A DNA stretch of 64,000 nt, from the NCBI GenBank assembly GCA_002423615.1, contig DIKO01000092.1, positions 33,367 to 97,366 of the forward strand. Direction: 5' to 3'. The DNA is from Desulfobacteraceae bacterium UBA5616 (GTDB lineage Bacteria > Desulfobacterota > Desulfobacteria > Desulfobacterales > UBA5616). Numbering within the stretch: the first letter of the stretch is position 1; each line of letters starts with the position of its first letter. Made by a program: the position numbers and the translations under genes. The notes under the pieces are model-generated. The model saw only the letters and a program-made list of their open reading frames with translations, had not been told where the DNA came from and did not search any database. Below are positions 49,093 through 58,280 of the stretch, piece by piece.

Positions 49093-49785
49093 TTAATTCG
49101 GTCCAGTCAGCAGCAGGAAAGACTTTACCGTTTCAACAATAAAGTCCGCATATTCATCCACCGATATTTTTCTCGCTCTGTATTTCCATCGCTTGAGATA
49201 CCAGTCCTGCAACAGGGCTTTCAACAAACTCGCAATCATCTGATGGTTTTTATCCCTGAATACCTTCTTCTCGAAACCTTCCAGCAGAATATCATAAAAT
49301 ATTTTTTCCGATGCAAGCTCCCCAGCCATGGATTTTTCCTGTTTTGCCCGGGGCATGTTTTTAACTTCCATGTAGGCAAAATAAAACCACGGCTGCATGG
49401 CTTCGCTCAAGTAAATATGGGTGCGGATGGCTGTTTCAAGCTTCTCCGCAGCGTCCATATTGTTTTTTAGCCGGTCTTCAAAGATCCGGGACATGATATT
49501 GGAATGCTGGCGCTGAAGCATTTCAAGAAGTTCTTCCTTGCCGGGAAAATAAGCATAGAGAGCGCCCATGCTTAAGCCGCTCTCCTGGCTTAAATTTCTC
49601 ATGCTCATGGCCTGGAATCCTTTTTTATTGCTGATTTTGAGAGTTGCCTCAAAAATCTTTTCCAGATTCCTGACCACGGTGTTTTCTTTCTTAACCCTTA
49701 TGATATCCCGGTTTTCAGAATATATTTCCTGATAAATCGCATCCTTATAGTCCATAAAAATTTTTTTGAATTCAATGTAGCGCAT
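49093..49785 (-). CDS. TetR/AcrR family transcriptional regulator
   Basis: 230 aa. The N-terminal HTH reads LEKIFEATLKISNKKGFQAMSMRNLSQESGLSMGALYAYFPGKEELL. Confidence 0.85.
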   Translation of the reverse strand: MRYIEFKKIFMDYKDAIYQEIYSENRDIIRVKKENTVVRNLEKIFEATLKISNKKGFQAMSMRNLSQESGLSMGALYAYFPGKEELLEMLQRQHSNIMSRIFEDRLKNNMDAAEKLETAIRTHIYLSEAMQPWFYFAYMEVKNMPRAKQEKSMAGELASEKIFYDILLEGFEKKVFRDKNHQMIASLLKALLQDWYLKRWKYRARKISVDEYADFIVETVKSFLLLTGPN

Positions 49786-49818
49786 CAGTCTGAAACCAAA
49801 GATGGATAGGATTGAGGA

Positions 49819-51009
49819 TTATCGGTAATTTTTTAAAATCTGCCGGCTGACTGCGGATTTATGGGCCTCATCAGGTCCGTCGAATATTCTGGATGCCCTT
49901 TCATGGCGATACCAGTAGGACAATATGGTATCATCGGTCATACCCAAAGCGCCGTGAACCTGAATGGCTCTGTCAATGACCTTCATCATCACATTGGCGA
50001 CAAAATATTTGATATACGCGATTTCCTTCCTGGCATTTTTCACGCCGACATTCTGGATCATCCATGCCGCATGGAGCACCATGAGCTTAGCGGCATGAAT
50101 ATCGGCGGCGCATTCGGCTATCCATCCCTGAATGATCTGTTTGTCGGCCAGGACCTGGCCCGGGGCAATAGGACGCTGCACCGCCCGTTTGCACATCATG
50201 TCCAGTGCCCGCTTTGATATGGCGATAAACCGCATGCAATGATGAATTCTACCCGGTCCCAGCCTCTTCTGGGCCAGGATGAAACCGTGGCCTTCGGGCC
50301 CCAGAAGGTTTTTCCGGGGAACGCGGCAATTCTGGTATAAAATCTCCGCATGCGTGCCGAAGCCCTTGCCGGAGTGGCCCATCACCGAAACATTCCGGAC
50401 AAGATTAAAACCCGGGGTGTTTGTGGGGACGATGATCATGCTGGCTCTTTTGTGGGGTTCCGCTTCGGGGTTGGTGACCGCCATGAGTATGGCGAACGCG
50501 GAACCATCCGCACCCGATGTAAACCATTTGTGGCCGTTGATGACATAATCATCACCATCCTTGACCGCCATGGTGTCCATCATCACCGGGTTTGAACCGG
50601 GGAGGTCCACCTCGGTCATCGAGAAACAGCTTCTGATTTTTCCGGCAACCAGAGGGAGGAGGAATTCTTCTTTTTGTTCCGGCGTTGCGTATTCATGGAG
50701 GATTTCAATATTCCCGGCATCGGGCGCCTGGCATCCGAATACGGTTAATCCCAGAGGCGTCTTGGCGATGACTTCAAATACAAGGGCGCTTTCCATCAGT
50801 TGAAGACCCATCCCTCCGACGTCTTTGGGATGGAGGGGCGCCCAAAGTTCCATTTCTTTTACTTTCTGCTGTTTTTCAAACAATTTTTTATCGATGCCTT
50901 CGGAACCCTGGAGTAGAAACTGTTGTTCCAGGGGAATAACTTCTTTTTCGATAAATTCATTCATCAGATCCAACATGGTTTGTGTTTTTTCAGAGACGGT
51001 AAAATCCAT
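49819..51009 (-). CDS. Acyl-CoA dehydrogenase (ACAD10/11/FadE-like, ...RIFDGPDEAHK tail)
   Basis: 396 aa. CFSMTEVDLPGSNP, YVINGHKWFTSG, IHGALGMTDD, RIFDGPDEAH. Confidence 0.85.
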   Translation of the reverse strand: MDFTVSEKTQTMLDLMNEFIEKEVIPLEQQFLLQGSEGIDKKLFEKQQKVKEMELWAPLHPKDVGGMGLQLMESALVFEVIAKTPLGLTVFGCQAPDAGNIEILHEYATPEQKEEFLLPLVAGKIRSCFSMTEVDLPGSNPVMMDTMAVKDGDDYVINGHKWFTSGADGSAFAILMAVTNPEAEPHKRASMIIVPTNTPGFNLVRNVSVMGHSGKGFGTHAEILYQNCRVPRKNLLGPEGHGFILAQKRLGPGRIHHCMRFIAISKRALDMMCKRAVQRPIAPGQVLADKQIIQGWIAECAADIHAAKLMVLHAAWMIQNVGVKNARKEIAYIKYFVANVMMKVIDRAIQVHGALGMTDDTILSYWYRHERASRIFDGPDEAHKSAVSRQILKNYR

Positions 51010-51136
51010 AAAACCCCCTTTTTTTGAGATGAGATTCCCGCCGGCGAGTGTCGGGGAATCCGATGTTGATATTTTTTAAAACAACGCCGATAAAATATGC
51101 CGGCTATAATACACTTTTATTCGACTGCACTTCGTC

Positions 51137-51844
51137 TCAAACATAGGTCAGTAAATCCTGCCGAGAAGGACCGTTCAGGTGGGTGACGGAATTCTTAAGC
51201 TTCAGTTCCATAACCCCTTCCGCGGCATAAAATATCGTAACGGAAGTGTTGTAAAAACTCCATACGTGATCAATGGCCTGTCGATCGGAGAGTCCCTGAT
51301 TCATCTGCATCAACAATGCCAGAACACCGCCGGATGTCACCGCGGCCACCTTTTTGTAAGCCCTGCTCTCATTTACAATAGTTTCGACCGCGGTACGGAC
51401 TCTGTGTTTGAATTGATAAAAGGATTCAATATTCGGATCGGTTATTTTCTGCGAAAGACTCCAGAGCATAACCTTCGTAAATGTCCTTTGGAAACAGCGA
51501 AAATCCGAAAAGCAATGTTTCAGATCTCCTGCTAAAGAAGGATCACCCTGCAGCATGTCTTCCCTGCAATGATGAAGCAGCGGGGAAATGTCAAATTCAT
51601 CCAAACCCGGGAAAATAAGGAGTCGGGTCCCCACGTCGTTTTCTTTCAGACGTGATACGATGGGCGTGGCCGTTTCCATCTGGCGCCTTTTCGAACCGCT
51701 GAATACAACCGGAAAATAGGCCTCCATGTCGATTAAATAATCCGCCAGAAGAAAGGCCTGATCACGTCCCCTTTCAGAAAGCTGGTCGTAGTTTCTTTCG
51801 CCGAATGAAGCCTGACCGTGCCGAATGAAATAAATGTCGGTCAT
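51137..51844 (-). CDS. Histidine phosphatase (phosphoglycerate mutase-like) family protein
   Basis: 235 aa. The N-terminal IYFIRHGQASFG is the RHG catalytic motif. Confidence 0.8.
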   Translation of the reverse strand: MTDIYFIRHGQASFGERNYDQLSERGRDQAFLLADYLIDMEAYFPVVFSGSKRRQMETATPIVSRLKENDVGTRLLIFPGLDEFDISPLLHHCREDMLQGDPSLAGDLKHCFSDFRCFQRTFTKVMLWSLSQKITDPNIESFYQFKHRVRTAVETIVNESRAYKKVAAVTSGGVLALLMQMNQGLSDRQAIDHVWSFYNTSVTIFYAAEGVMELKLKNSVTHLNGPSRQDLLTYV

Positions 51845-51991
51845 ATGCTGAAAGTCCTGAAGCCCGGAATGATCCGCAACCCGAAGTTCGAATATGGTTG
51901 TCTCTGACCTGTTGAGAATCTGAATTCAACTATGCATGAAGTATTTGCTCCTGCTTTTTACAGGGATAAAAAAAGGTTGTCAAGAGAAATA

Positions 51992-52003
51992 GAACGATCG
52001 TTC
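51992..52003. promoter_or_regulatory. Perfect 12-bp palindrome GAACGATCGTTC abutting the etfBA promoter (candidate operator)
   Basis: Read directly from the sequence. It ends 9 nt upstream of the -35 TTGACA at 52013. It lies between divergent promoters: a minus-strand TTGACA at 51984-51979 serves the phosphatase gene. Confidence 0.4.
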
Positions 52004-52012
52004 GCTTTTCGG

Positions 52013-52041
52013 TTGACAGTGCTCTCAATTCTGTTTATAGT
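52013..52041 (+). promoter_or_regulatory. Near-consensus sigma70 promoter of etfBA
   Basis: TTGACA (52013-52018), 17-nt spacer, TATAGT (52036-52041), 84 nt upstream of the etfB ATG. Confidence 0.6.
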
Positions 52042-52124
52042 GCGGACATTTATTGGATAGGGAATTGCACTGATAATGTCCTCGAACCTTAATGGAAGCA
52101 TATGAGCTATTCTATTTTATTGAA

Positions 52125-52910
52125 ATGAAAATTCTCGTCTGCATAAAACAGATCTTCAATCTCGAAACGGATATTTTTGTTGATTCAGACTCCAGATGGG
52201 TCAAAATCAGGCCCCAAACGGAATTTACGTTCAACCGGTTTGATGAATACGCCGTCGAAGAGGCTGTGAGAATCAAGGAGAAGTTTCCCGGAACAACCAT
52301 TGACATCATCAGCGCCGGGCCGGAAAGAGTCATAACGGCCATCAAGCGGCTTCAGGGGATGGGCGCCGACCACGGTATTCATATCAAATGCGATATGCAG
52401 GGATATCTGAGTCCGTTTGAAATTGCCGGCTGGATCGCCAGTGTTGCTGAAAAAAACCAGTATGACCTCATTCTTGCGGGTGTGATGTCCGAAGACGAGA
52501 TGCAGGGACAGGTGGGCCCGACCCTTGCGGCGATTCTGAACCGGCCGTGCGCAACAGCAGTCATCCATCAGAAAATATCCTCCGAAGGGAAATCGGTTTA
52601 TGTGGAAAGGGAAATTGAAAACGGATACAGGGACACGCTGGAAATCCGACTGCCGGCGGTTCTGACCATCCAGTCGGGCATCAACGAGCCCCGCTACCCT
52701 ACCCTTACCCATATGCTCCGTGCGAAGCGCGAACAAATCGAGGTGATCGATAGTGAAAAACTTGAACGCCGGGATCCCCGTCAGATTCTGATGGATATTT
52801 CCTACCCGCAAAAAGTCCGGCCGGCGATTTTTCTTGACGGTTCCGCCCAGGAAAAGGCGAATCGATTGATAACCATTCTAAATGAAAGAAATATTATTTC
52901 ATCCTCTTAA
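52125..52910 (+). CDS. etfB: Electron transfer flavoprotein beta subunit
   Basis: MKILVCIKQ start, FDEYAVEEAVRIKE, LILAGVMSEDEMQGQVGPTLAAIL. The Met at 52125 was chosen over the track start. Confidence 0.88.
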   Translation: MKILVCIKQIFNLETDIFVDSDSRWVKIRPQTEFTFNRFDEYAVEEAVRIKEKFPGTTIDIISAGPERVITAIKRLQGMGADHGIHIKCDMQGYLSPFEIAGWIASVAEKNQYDLILAGVMSEDEMQGQVGPTLAAILNRPCATAVIHQKISSEGKSVYVEREIENGYRDTLEIRLPAVLTIQSGINEPRYPTLTHMLRAKREQIEVIDSEKLERRDPRQILMDISYPQKVRPAIFLDGSAQEKANRLITILNERNIISSS

Positions 52911-52914
52911 AATT

Positions 52915-53895
52915 ATGGCATCATCCGTCTATATCATTGCGGAACATTTCGATGGAAAGACCAGGCCGGTCACCTATGAACTGGCGTCTTTCGGCATAAA
53001 ACTTCAGAAATCCTTAAAAGACGCGGTTTCTTTCCTTGTTCTGGGGGATGATCCGGAAATTATTTCCAGGGAAATCGCCGAAAACACGGGCCTCGATGTG
53101 CTGGCATTTTCGGTTCCTGCCCTGAAATCCTACCATCAGGAGATTTACATCCGCATATTATCCAACTGGCTGAAGGAAAACCCTTTTTCATATGTATTAA
53201 CGGCCCACACCACCCAGGGAATGGACTTTGCGCCGGGTCTTTCAATTGCGACCAACGCGGGATGTATCACCGGTGTTGAAGGTTTTTCTGAAAAAGAGGG
53301 TCGGATATCCTTTCAACGATCTCTATTCAATGGAAAGATCAGCTCGGATATATCTCCGATAACGGAACGAACGATTCTTTCCGTGTTACCCGGAACCCAT
53401 AAACCAATGGATTTCAATCCCCGTGCGCCGGGTAAAGTGGAAGTCCGAGCCATCGATTTTTCCCCCGAACTTATCCGCAATAAAGGACTTGTCCGCTCGA
53501 GGACCGGGAGTCAGGCCCTGGGGGAAGCGGAAATTATCATCTCGGCCGGAAGGGGTATCGGGAAACAAGAGAATCTGCCGTTGATTTACCAACTTGCCGA
53601 ACGATTTTCAAAGTCCGCCGTAGGGGGTTCAAGGCCCCTTTGCGATCTGGGATGGCTGGGGTATCAACAGCAGGTCGGCGTTACCGGCCTGAGCGTTTCT
53701 CCCCGCCTTTATTTCGCCTGCGGCATATCCGGGGCCATCCAGCATCTATCAGGGATCCGGGGTGCTGATTTTATTGTGGCGGTGAATACAGATCCCACCG
53801 CCGCCATTTTCAACATGGCGGATGTCTGCATTGTCGAGGACGTTCTTTCCTTTATCCCGGTGTTGATTGAAGCTCTGGACAAAGCAGCGCGATAG
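52915..53895 (+). CDS. etfA: Electron transfer flavoprotein alpha subunit
   Basis: The C-terminal FAD-binding blocks are IIISAGRGIG, AVGGSRPLCDLGW, QVGVTGLSVSPRLYFACGISGAIQHLSG and IVAVNTDPTAAIF. Confidence 0.88.
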   Translation: MASSVYIIAEHFDGKTRPVTYELASFGIKLQKSLKDAVSFLVLGDDPEIISREIAENTGLDVLAFSVPALKSYHQEIYIRILSNWLKENPFSYVLTAHTTQGMDFAPGLSIATNAGCITGVEGFSEKEGRISFQRSLFNGKISSDISPITERTILSVLPGTHKPMDFNPRAPGKVEVRAIDFSPELIRNKGLVRSRTGSQALGEAEIIISAGRGIGKQENLPLIYQLAERFSKSAVGGSRPLCDLGWLGYQQQVGVTGLSVSPRLYFACGISGAIQHLSGIRGADFIVAVNTDPTAAIFNMADVCIVEDVLSFIPVLIEALDKAAR

Positions 53896-53929
53896 CCGGT
53901 ACCGCAACTTTTAGTGGCCCCTGCCGTCT

Positions 53930-54709
53930 TTATGATTTCGCCATGTTTTCCGCCTGCAGGGCTGCTCCGAAGGCCGTAACGGCCTGGGGATCTTCCGGGG
54001 CTTCCAATTTGATGCCCAGGGTTGTTTCAATCCTTTTTACGAGTCCGATATCCAATGCGCCTCCACCCGTGAGGGCGCAGGGCGGTTCCATGCCGATGCG
54101 GTCGGCCAGGGTCGCTATTTTGGTCGCCAGGGCCTGGTGTACCCCGGCAATGATATCTTCCTTCGGGGTGCCTTCTGCAATTCTCGATACGGCTTCGGAT
54201 TCGCCGAATACGGCGCAGCTCGTTGTAAAGCCGACCGGATTTTTGGATTTCAGGGACAATGGACCGATTTCATCCATACTGACCTGCAGGACCCGGGCGA
54301 TCACCTGCAGGAATCTCCCGCTCCCGGAAGCGCATTTTTCACTGACCACAAAATTGATGATCTTTCCCTCGTCATTTATACGAATCACCTTGGACGACTG
54401 GCCCCCGATCTCGATCAGGGTTTTGGCATGGGGGAACAATTGATGGATACCCATGGCGCTGCAGGTCAGGTCGCTTACCTTGGAATCGGCGAACTTCACC
54501 CGATCCGAACCGCAACCCGTGGCAAATACGGAGGCGATGTCCGATCTTTTGAGATTCGACAGTTTCAAAATTTCGCCAAAAACCGTATCGGCGGCATTCT
54601 GAAAATTCGAGCCTGAAGCGGTCTTGTAAAAAAATAAAAGTTTTTCGCCCCTGCTGATCGCCATTTTGGTTGTAACCGAGCCCACGTCGATGCCGCCGTA
54701 CCAATCCAT
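53930..54709 (-). CDS. BadF/BadG/BcrA/BcrD-type ATPase subunit (259 aa) of a class-I benzoyl-CoA-reductase-like enzyme
   Basis: ASKHA fold: GGIDVGSVTTKMAI, IEIGGQSSKVI, LTGGGA. The cluster-ligating cysteines lie in SEKCASGSGRFLQ and TSCAVFGESE. Confidence 0.8.
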   Translation of the reverse strand: MDWYGGIDVGSVTTKMAISRGEKLLFFYKTASGSNFQNAADTVFGEILKLSNLKRSDIASVFATGCGSDRVKFADSKVSDLTCSAMGIHQLFPHAKTLIEIGGQSSKVIRINDEGKIINFVVSEKCASGSGRFLQVIARVLQVSMDEIGPLSLKSKNPVGFTTSCAVFGESEAVSRIAEGTPKEDIIAGVHQALATKIATLADRIGMEPPCALTGGGALDIGLVKRIETTLGIKLEAPEDPQAVTAFGAALQAENMAKS

Positions 54710-54737
54710 TGCGTTTCCGCCTTTCCGTTATCGCCGC

Positions 54738-55580
54738 TTAAAAGACCCTCGCAGTTGTCAGTTTCCGTTCTTTTATCTTTATCGCCTTACCGCTTTCCAT
54801 AGCCTTCTCAACCAGTTCCTTTCCAAGAAGAGCCGCTCCCATGGCGCCGGTAATCAGGGGCTCCCGACAGATATAAACCGGCCTGCCCAGGTGGCTTTCA
54901 AGCGCTTTCACCATCCCGGTATTTTTTGCCACCCCTCCTGTGAACACGACGTCACCCTCGATTTTGAGCTTGGATGCCATCCGGAAAGCCCTTCCAGCAA
55001 TGGCCTCATGCAGACCTGCTATGATATCTTCGACGGGAATTCCTTCCGACAACTGAGAGACGACTTCCTGTTCAGCAAAAATGGTGCAGATACTGCTGAT
55101 TTTGACTTTGTTTCGGGCTTTTAAAGACAAAGGCCCCATGTCTTTGATATTGACGCCCAGTGTTTCGGCAATGACTTCCAGAAACCTTCCCGTGCCGGCG
55201 GCGCACTTATCGTTCATCACAAAATCCACAACCCTGTTGTTTGCGATTTTGATGCCCTTGGCATCCTGACCGCCGATATCAATCACCGTGCCGGCATTTG
55301 GAAAAAAATGCAGTACCCCTCTGGCATGGCATGAAATCTCCGTAATCTGTTTGTCCGCAAAGGGGACATTGATCCGTCCATAACCCGTTGCGACGACATA
55401 ATCCACTGCTTCAAATGGGATCCGGGCCTGCGCCAGGGCGTCTTCCATGACGATGTTGGCCAGATGTCGATGTTCGGGTCCGGTGGGCCCGATAACCTGG
55501 CCTCTTATTCCCTCGCTGTAGATAATCACCTTGGTCATGGTAGAGCCGATATCGATTCCGGCAAAATACTTCCCCTTCAC
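54738..55580 (-). CDS. BadF/BadG/BcrA/BcrD-type ATPase subunit (280 aa), a distinct paralog of the previous gene
   Basis: AGIDIGSTMTKVII, IDIGGQDAKGI, NDKCAAGTGRFLE, SSICTIFAEQE, FTGGVAKN. Confidence 0.8.
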   Translation of the reverse strand: MKGKYFAGIDIGSTMTKVIIYSEGIRGQVIGPTGPEHRHLANIVMEDALAQARIPFEAVDYVVATGYGRINVPFADKQITEISCHARGVLHFFPNAGTVIDIGGQDAKGIKIANNRVVDFVMNDKCAAGTGRFLEVIAETLGVNIKDMGPLSLKARNKVKISSICTIFAEQEVVSQLSEGIPVEDIIAGLHEAIAGRAFRMASKLKIEGDVVFTGGVAKNTGMVKALESHLGRPVYICREPLITGAMGAALLGKELVEKAMESGKAIKIKERKLTTARVF

Positions 55581-55646
55581 GAAACATTCTCCAATGCGAT
55601 GGCGTATTGATTTCGGGTTTCCGGATAGCCGCTCTGACGGCGGACC

Positions 55647-56804
55647 TTACGCGATAATTTCCAGAAACGCTTCCACTCTGTTTTTCAGCTGAGCTTCGGC
55701 GGCCATGGTGTATTCATGTTCCAGATACATGGCGGGAAGCCCGATTTTCTCAAAATACGCCTTTAAAGCGGGTACCTCATATCCATGGGTGTCACAGTAT
55801 TTGACGGATTGAAGCAAGATCCCGTCCACATGCCAGTCCCTTGCGAAATCTTTCAAATATCCGAATCTGGATTCCATTTCTTCTTCAAAGGTGGAGGAAG
55901 ATTCCCGGAATGTCCGGGGGCATTTAATTTCGGACAAATACCGCTTTACGATGCCGTCCATGGGATCACTCGTTGCTTCGACATCTGCCCAATAGTGGCG
56001 GGTTCCCACACAAATATCATCCATCACCACATGGGCGTTCAGGCTTTCAATCATCTGGATCAGGTTGGTTTCCGTAAGGGGGCTTCCCCACAGCATTAAT
56101 CTTGTATCCTTCTCCCCCGGCCCATTTCCCCTGGAAAGCGCTTCCTGGATGATCTCTTCCAGCATGATGGAGCCCTCCTCTATGGGCATGCACATCAGCG
56201 CAATCATAATTTCAAGGTTTTCGGCGCCGGACAACAGAGGGGGATTTTCTTTTCGGAGATCGTAAAGTTTCCGTACCAGCGCCCGTTGGCGGTTATGAAC
56301 CCTGATCTCTTGTTGAATTCGCTCCCGGTCTAAAGCGCGCCCCGTATACGCTTCCATGGCCTTTTGAAACATGATCAGCTTTTCCTTGAACTGCTCGAAG
56401 GAATTTTCCCGGACCACATGGGGCATATCAATGTAATGATGGAAAGGCAGCTTCAATTCATGTTCCCAGATACGGCAGAATTTTTCCTGGCAGTCACAGG
56501 AATGGGCCGTGACAAAACCTTCCATAAAATCGTATTTCCCCTTCATGGCCATGTCCAGACTCGAACGGATGATAGGGCAGACAATGGTGGGGATGCTGGA
56601 ATCCGCCTTGGTGATGGCCTCATTGATGCTCCCCTGCACCCGGAAGGGGACGAAATCCATGCCGGTTATCAGTTCCAACGGAGGATAGGAGCAATAGTAA
56701 CCCATGATTTTTTTTCCTTCGGCCTTTAATTCCCTGGCTCTTAGCCCCCGGTCTTCATATATTTTCCTTGCTTTGGCAAAGCCGTGTAAACTCGCTGTTG
56801 TCAT
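55647..56804 (-). CDS. BcrC/BzdN/HgdB-like subunit (2-hydroxyacyl-CoA dehydratase/benzoyl-CoA reductase family), 385 aa
   Basis: Family recognised from overall pattern and conserved Cys positions (YCSYPPLELI, CPIIRS, HSCDCQ, DTHGYE). It sits between the large subunit and the ATPase genes. Confidence 0.7.
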   Translation of the reverse strand: MTTASLHGFAKARKIYEDRGLRARELKAEGKKIMGYYCSYPPLELITGMDFVPFRVQGSINEAITKADSSIPTIVCPIIRSSLDMAMKGKYDFMEGFVTAHSCDCQEKFCRIWEHELKLPFHHYIDMPHVVRENSFEQFKEKLIMFQKAMEAYTGRALDRERIQQEIRVHNRQRALVRKLYDLRKENPPLLSGAENLEIMIALMCMPIEEGSIMLEEIIQEALSRGNGPGEKDTRLMLWGSPLTETNLIQMIESLNAHVVMDDICVGTRHYWADVEATSDPMDGIVKRYLSEIKCPRTFRESSSTFEEEMESRFGYLKDFARDWHVDGILLQSVKYCDTHGYEVPALKAYFEKIGLPAMYLEHEYTMAAEAQLKNRVEAFLEIIA

Positions 56805-56835
56805 TGGACGACTCCTTTCCGTTCAGACGATTGAA

Positions 56836-58173
56836 TTACCATTCCAGGCCTTTTCGTTTTCTTTCCCCGCGGTGATAATCCATGGATTCCTCAAACGCCT
56901 CCGCGTTTTTCAGGACCAGATCCGGATCGAAAACCGTAAAATCGACGATATCTCCCTCCATATTCATGCTGGGAACAAGGAGTTCCTCCTTTAAGATGTT
57001 GGCCGCATGCGGAAGCCAGAAGGTCGCGGTCCGGCAGGACAAAAGGGAATGGGTGATGAATCCGTCTACCTGATATTCCCTGGCCCAATTGTAATAATAC
57101 TGAACAGGTCCAAATAGCGGATAATTCTTTTCCTTGGCCTTCCGGATATGTCCAACATTTACCCAGTAAGTCCACCGGGTCAACCGTTCCAGAACGCTGT
57201 CGCCGGTTTTAAGCGACATGGGTTCCGGAGGATGGTACCCCTGGCTTTCCACGACGAAATTCCATCCTCTTTCCGCGAGTTTTTCAAAAAAATCCAGGCT
57301 GTGCCAGGGCGGCAGCTCGGCAAACATCAACCGGTATTTTTCGGGCGTTACGGCTCCGATGCCGGCATCCGTCCTGGCTTTGACCTCTTCATAAACCTGA
57401 TGGTAAAGGTTCAAGGCATCCTTGTCGTAGGTCATGTAATACCCGGGCACCATCAACGTCCAGAAATCCCGGGAATGCATGGGGCAGGGTTTTGCCTTGC
57501 GCAATTCATTAATCTCCCACCACAGCTGAAAAACCTTTTCCTGGTTTTCCAGATAATCTTCCACCAGATCCATATCGATCTTCTTCCCCAGAAGGTTTTC
57601 CAGAAATTCGATAAACCGTTCCAGTTCCTTCACCTTGTGCCGGATATTGTGCTCATGGATGTCCGAATCAATATCCTCCGTGTGGTCGTAGCTGGGCGTG
57701 TCAATGGTCCATACGGGCACATCATAGTATTGCCGCAGGGCTTGAAACCATTTAAAGCGGGTATCACAGGCAATTCCCGACCCCAGCATGAAGGTGGGTT
57801 CCGCCATTCCGCCCAAAGGGGCATCAGGCGGAATTTTCCCCAATTTTTTCATTTCGGCAGCATACCCGATATGGTTTCTGGAATACCCGCAGAGATGCGT
57901 CGGAAATCCTTCGGCATCACAAATGGCCTGGTATTTCTGGGCCATGCCGGTCGACGCACACACGGTTCCGTAATTTTCCGGATAAACGGGCGTTACCCCC
58001 ATGGCCCGCATGACAATGTCGCCTTCCCACCAGTTGACCATGCTCCAGGCCAACGGCCTTCCTTCATTGGCGGCCGTCACGCCTTCGGCGTACATTTTGT
58101 TCACCATGGGGCGAACGATGTTCCTGGATTTCAAACGGTTGATAAACTTTTTGGTTTTTTCTTTATCCGCCAT
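56836..58173 (-). CDS. BcrB/BzdO/HgdA-like large subunit, ~445 aa
   Basis: MADKEKTKKF... The ATG at 58173 is preceded by AAGGAA; the track start at 58191 is TTG. It belongs to the same family as the downstream 385-aa protein (W.EGDIVMRAMGV.PVYPENYG, LCGYSR, IACDTR, HSLLSCR). Confidence 0.7.
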   Translation of the reverse strand: MADKEKTKKFINRLKSRNIVRPMVNKMYAEGVTAANEGRPLAWSMVNWWEGDIVMRAMGVTPVYPENYGTVCASTGMAQKYQAICDAEGFPTHLCGYSRNHIGYAAEMKKLGKIPPDAPLGGMAEPTFMLGSGIACDTRFKWFQALRQYYDVPVWTIDTPSYDHTEDIDSDIHEHNIRHKVKELERFIEFLENLLGKKIDMDLVEDYLENQEKVFQLWWEINELRKAKPCPMHSRDFWTLMVPGYYMTYDKDALNLYHQVYEEVKARTDAGIGAVTPEKYRLMFAELPPWHSLDFFEKLAERGWNFVVESQGYHPPEPMSLKTGDSVLERLTRWTYWVNVGHIRKAKEKNYPLFGPVQYYYNWAREYQVDGFITHSLLSCRTATFWLPHAANILKEELLVPSMNMEGDIVDFTVFDPDLVLKNAEAFEESMDYHRGERKRKGLEW

Positions 58174-58250
58174 TTCAGGGTTCCTTTCCAATGGTTATAA
58201 AAATCGAACTTAAAGTTGATTTTTGGGGAATAATTTCTTTTTATTATTTT

Positions 58251-58279
58251 ATATTACCTTGAAAATAAAAACTGTCAAG
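58251..58279 (-). promoter_or_regulatory. Sigma70-like promoter of the reductase operon
   Basis: Minus strand: TTGACA (58279-58274), 17 nt, TAATAT (58256-58251), about 78 nt upstream of the ATG at 58173. Confidence 0.5.
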
Positions 58280-58280
58280 G

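Noticed and set aside
53930-58173. Alternative reading of the four-gene cluster as a 2-hydroxyacyl-CoA dehydratase (HgdAB-type) plus activator
   Set aside because: This is not fully excluded but disfavoured. Dehydratase systems carry one activator gene (a homodimer), whereas here two clearly different ATPase paralogs sit in tandem, as in class I reductases. It is kept as the main would-refute condition of the finding.
57148-58200. 350-aa plus-strand ORF opposite the reductase large subunit. Similar long antisense ORFs occur at 32953-33855, 39024-39731, 20787-21416, 43912-44661, 52185-52811, 58429-58953 and 23075-23578.
   Set aside because: All overlap genes with strong family signatures on the other strand and show the biased composition typical of antisense frames in mid/high-GC coding DNA.
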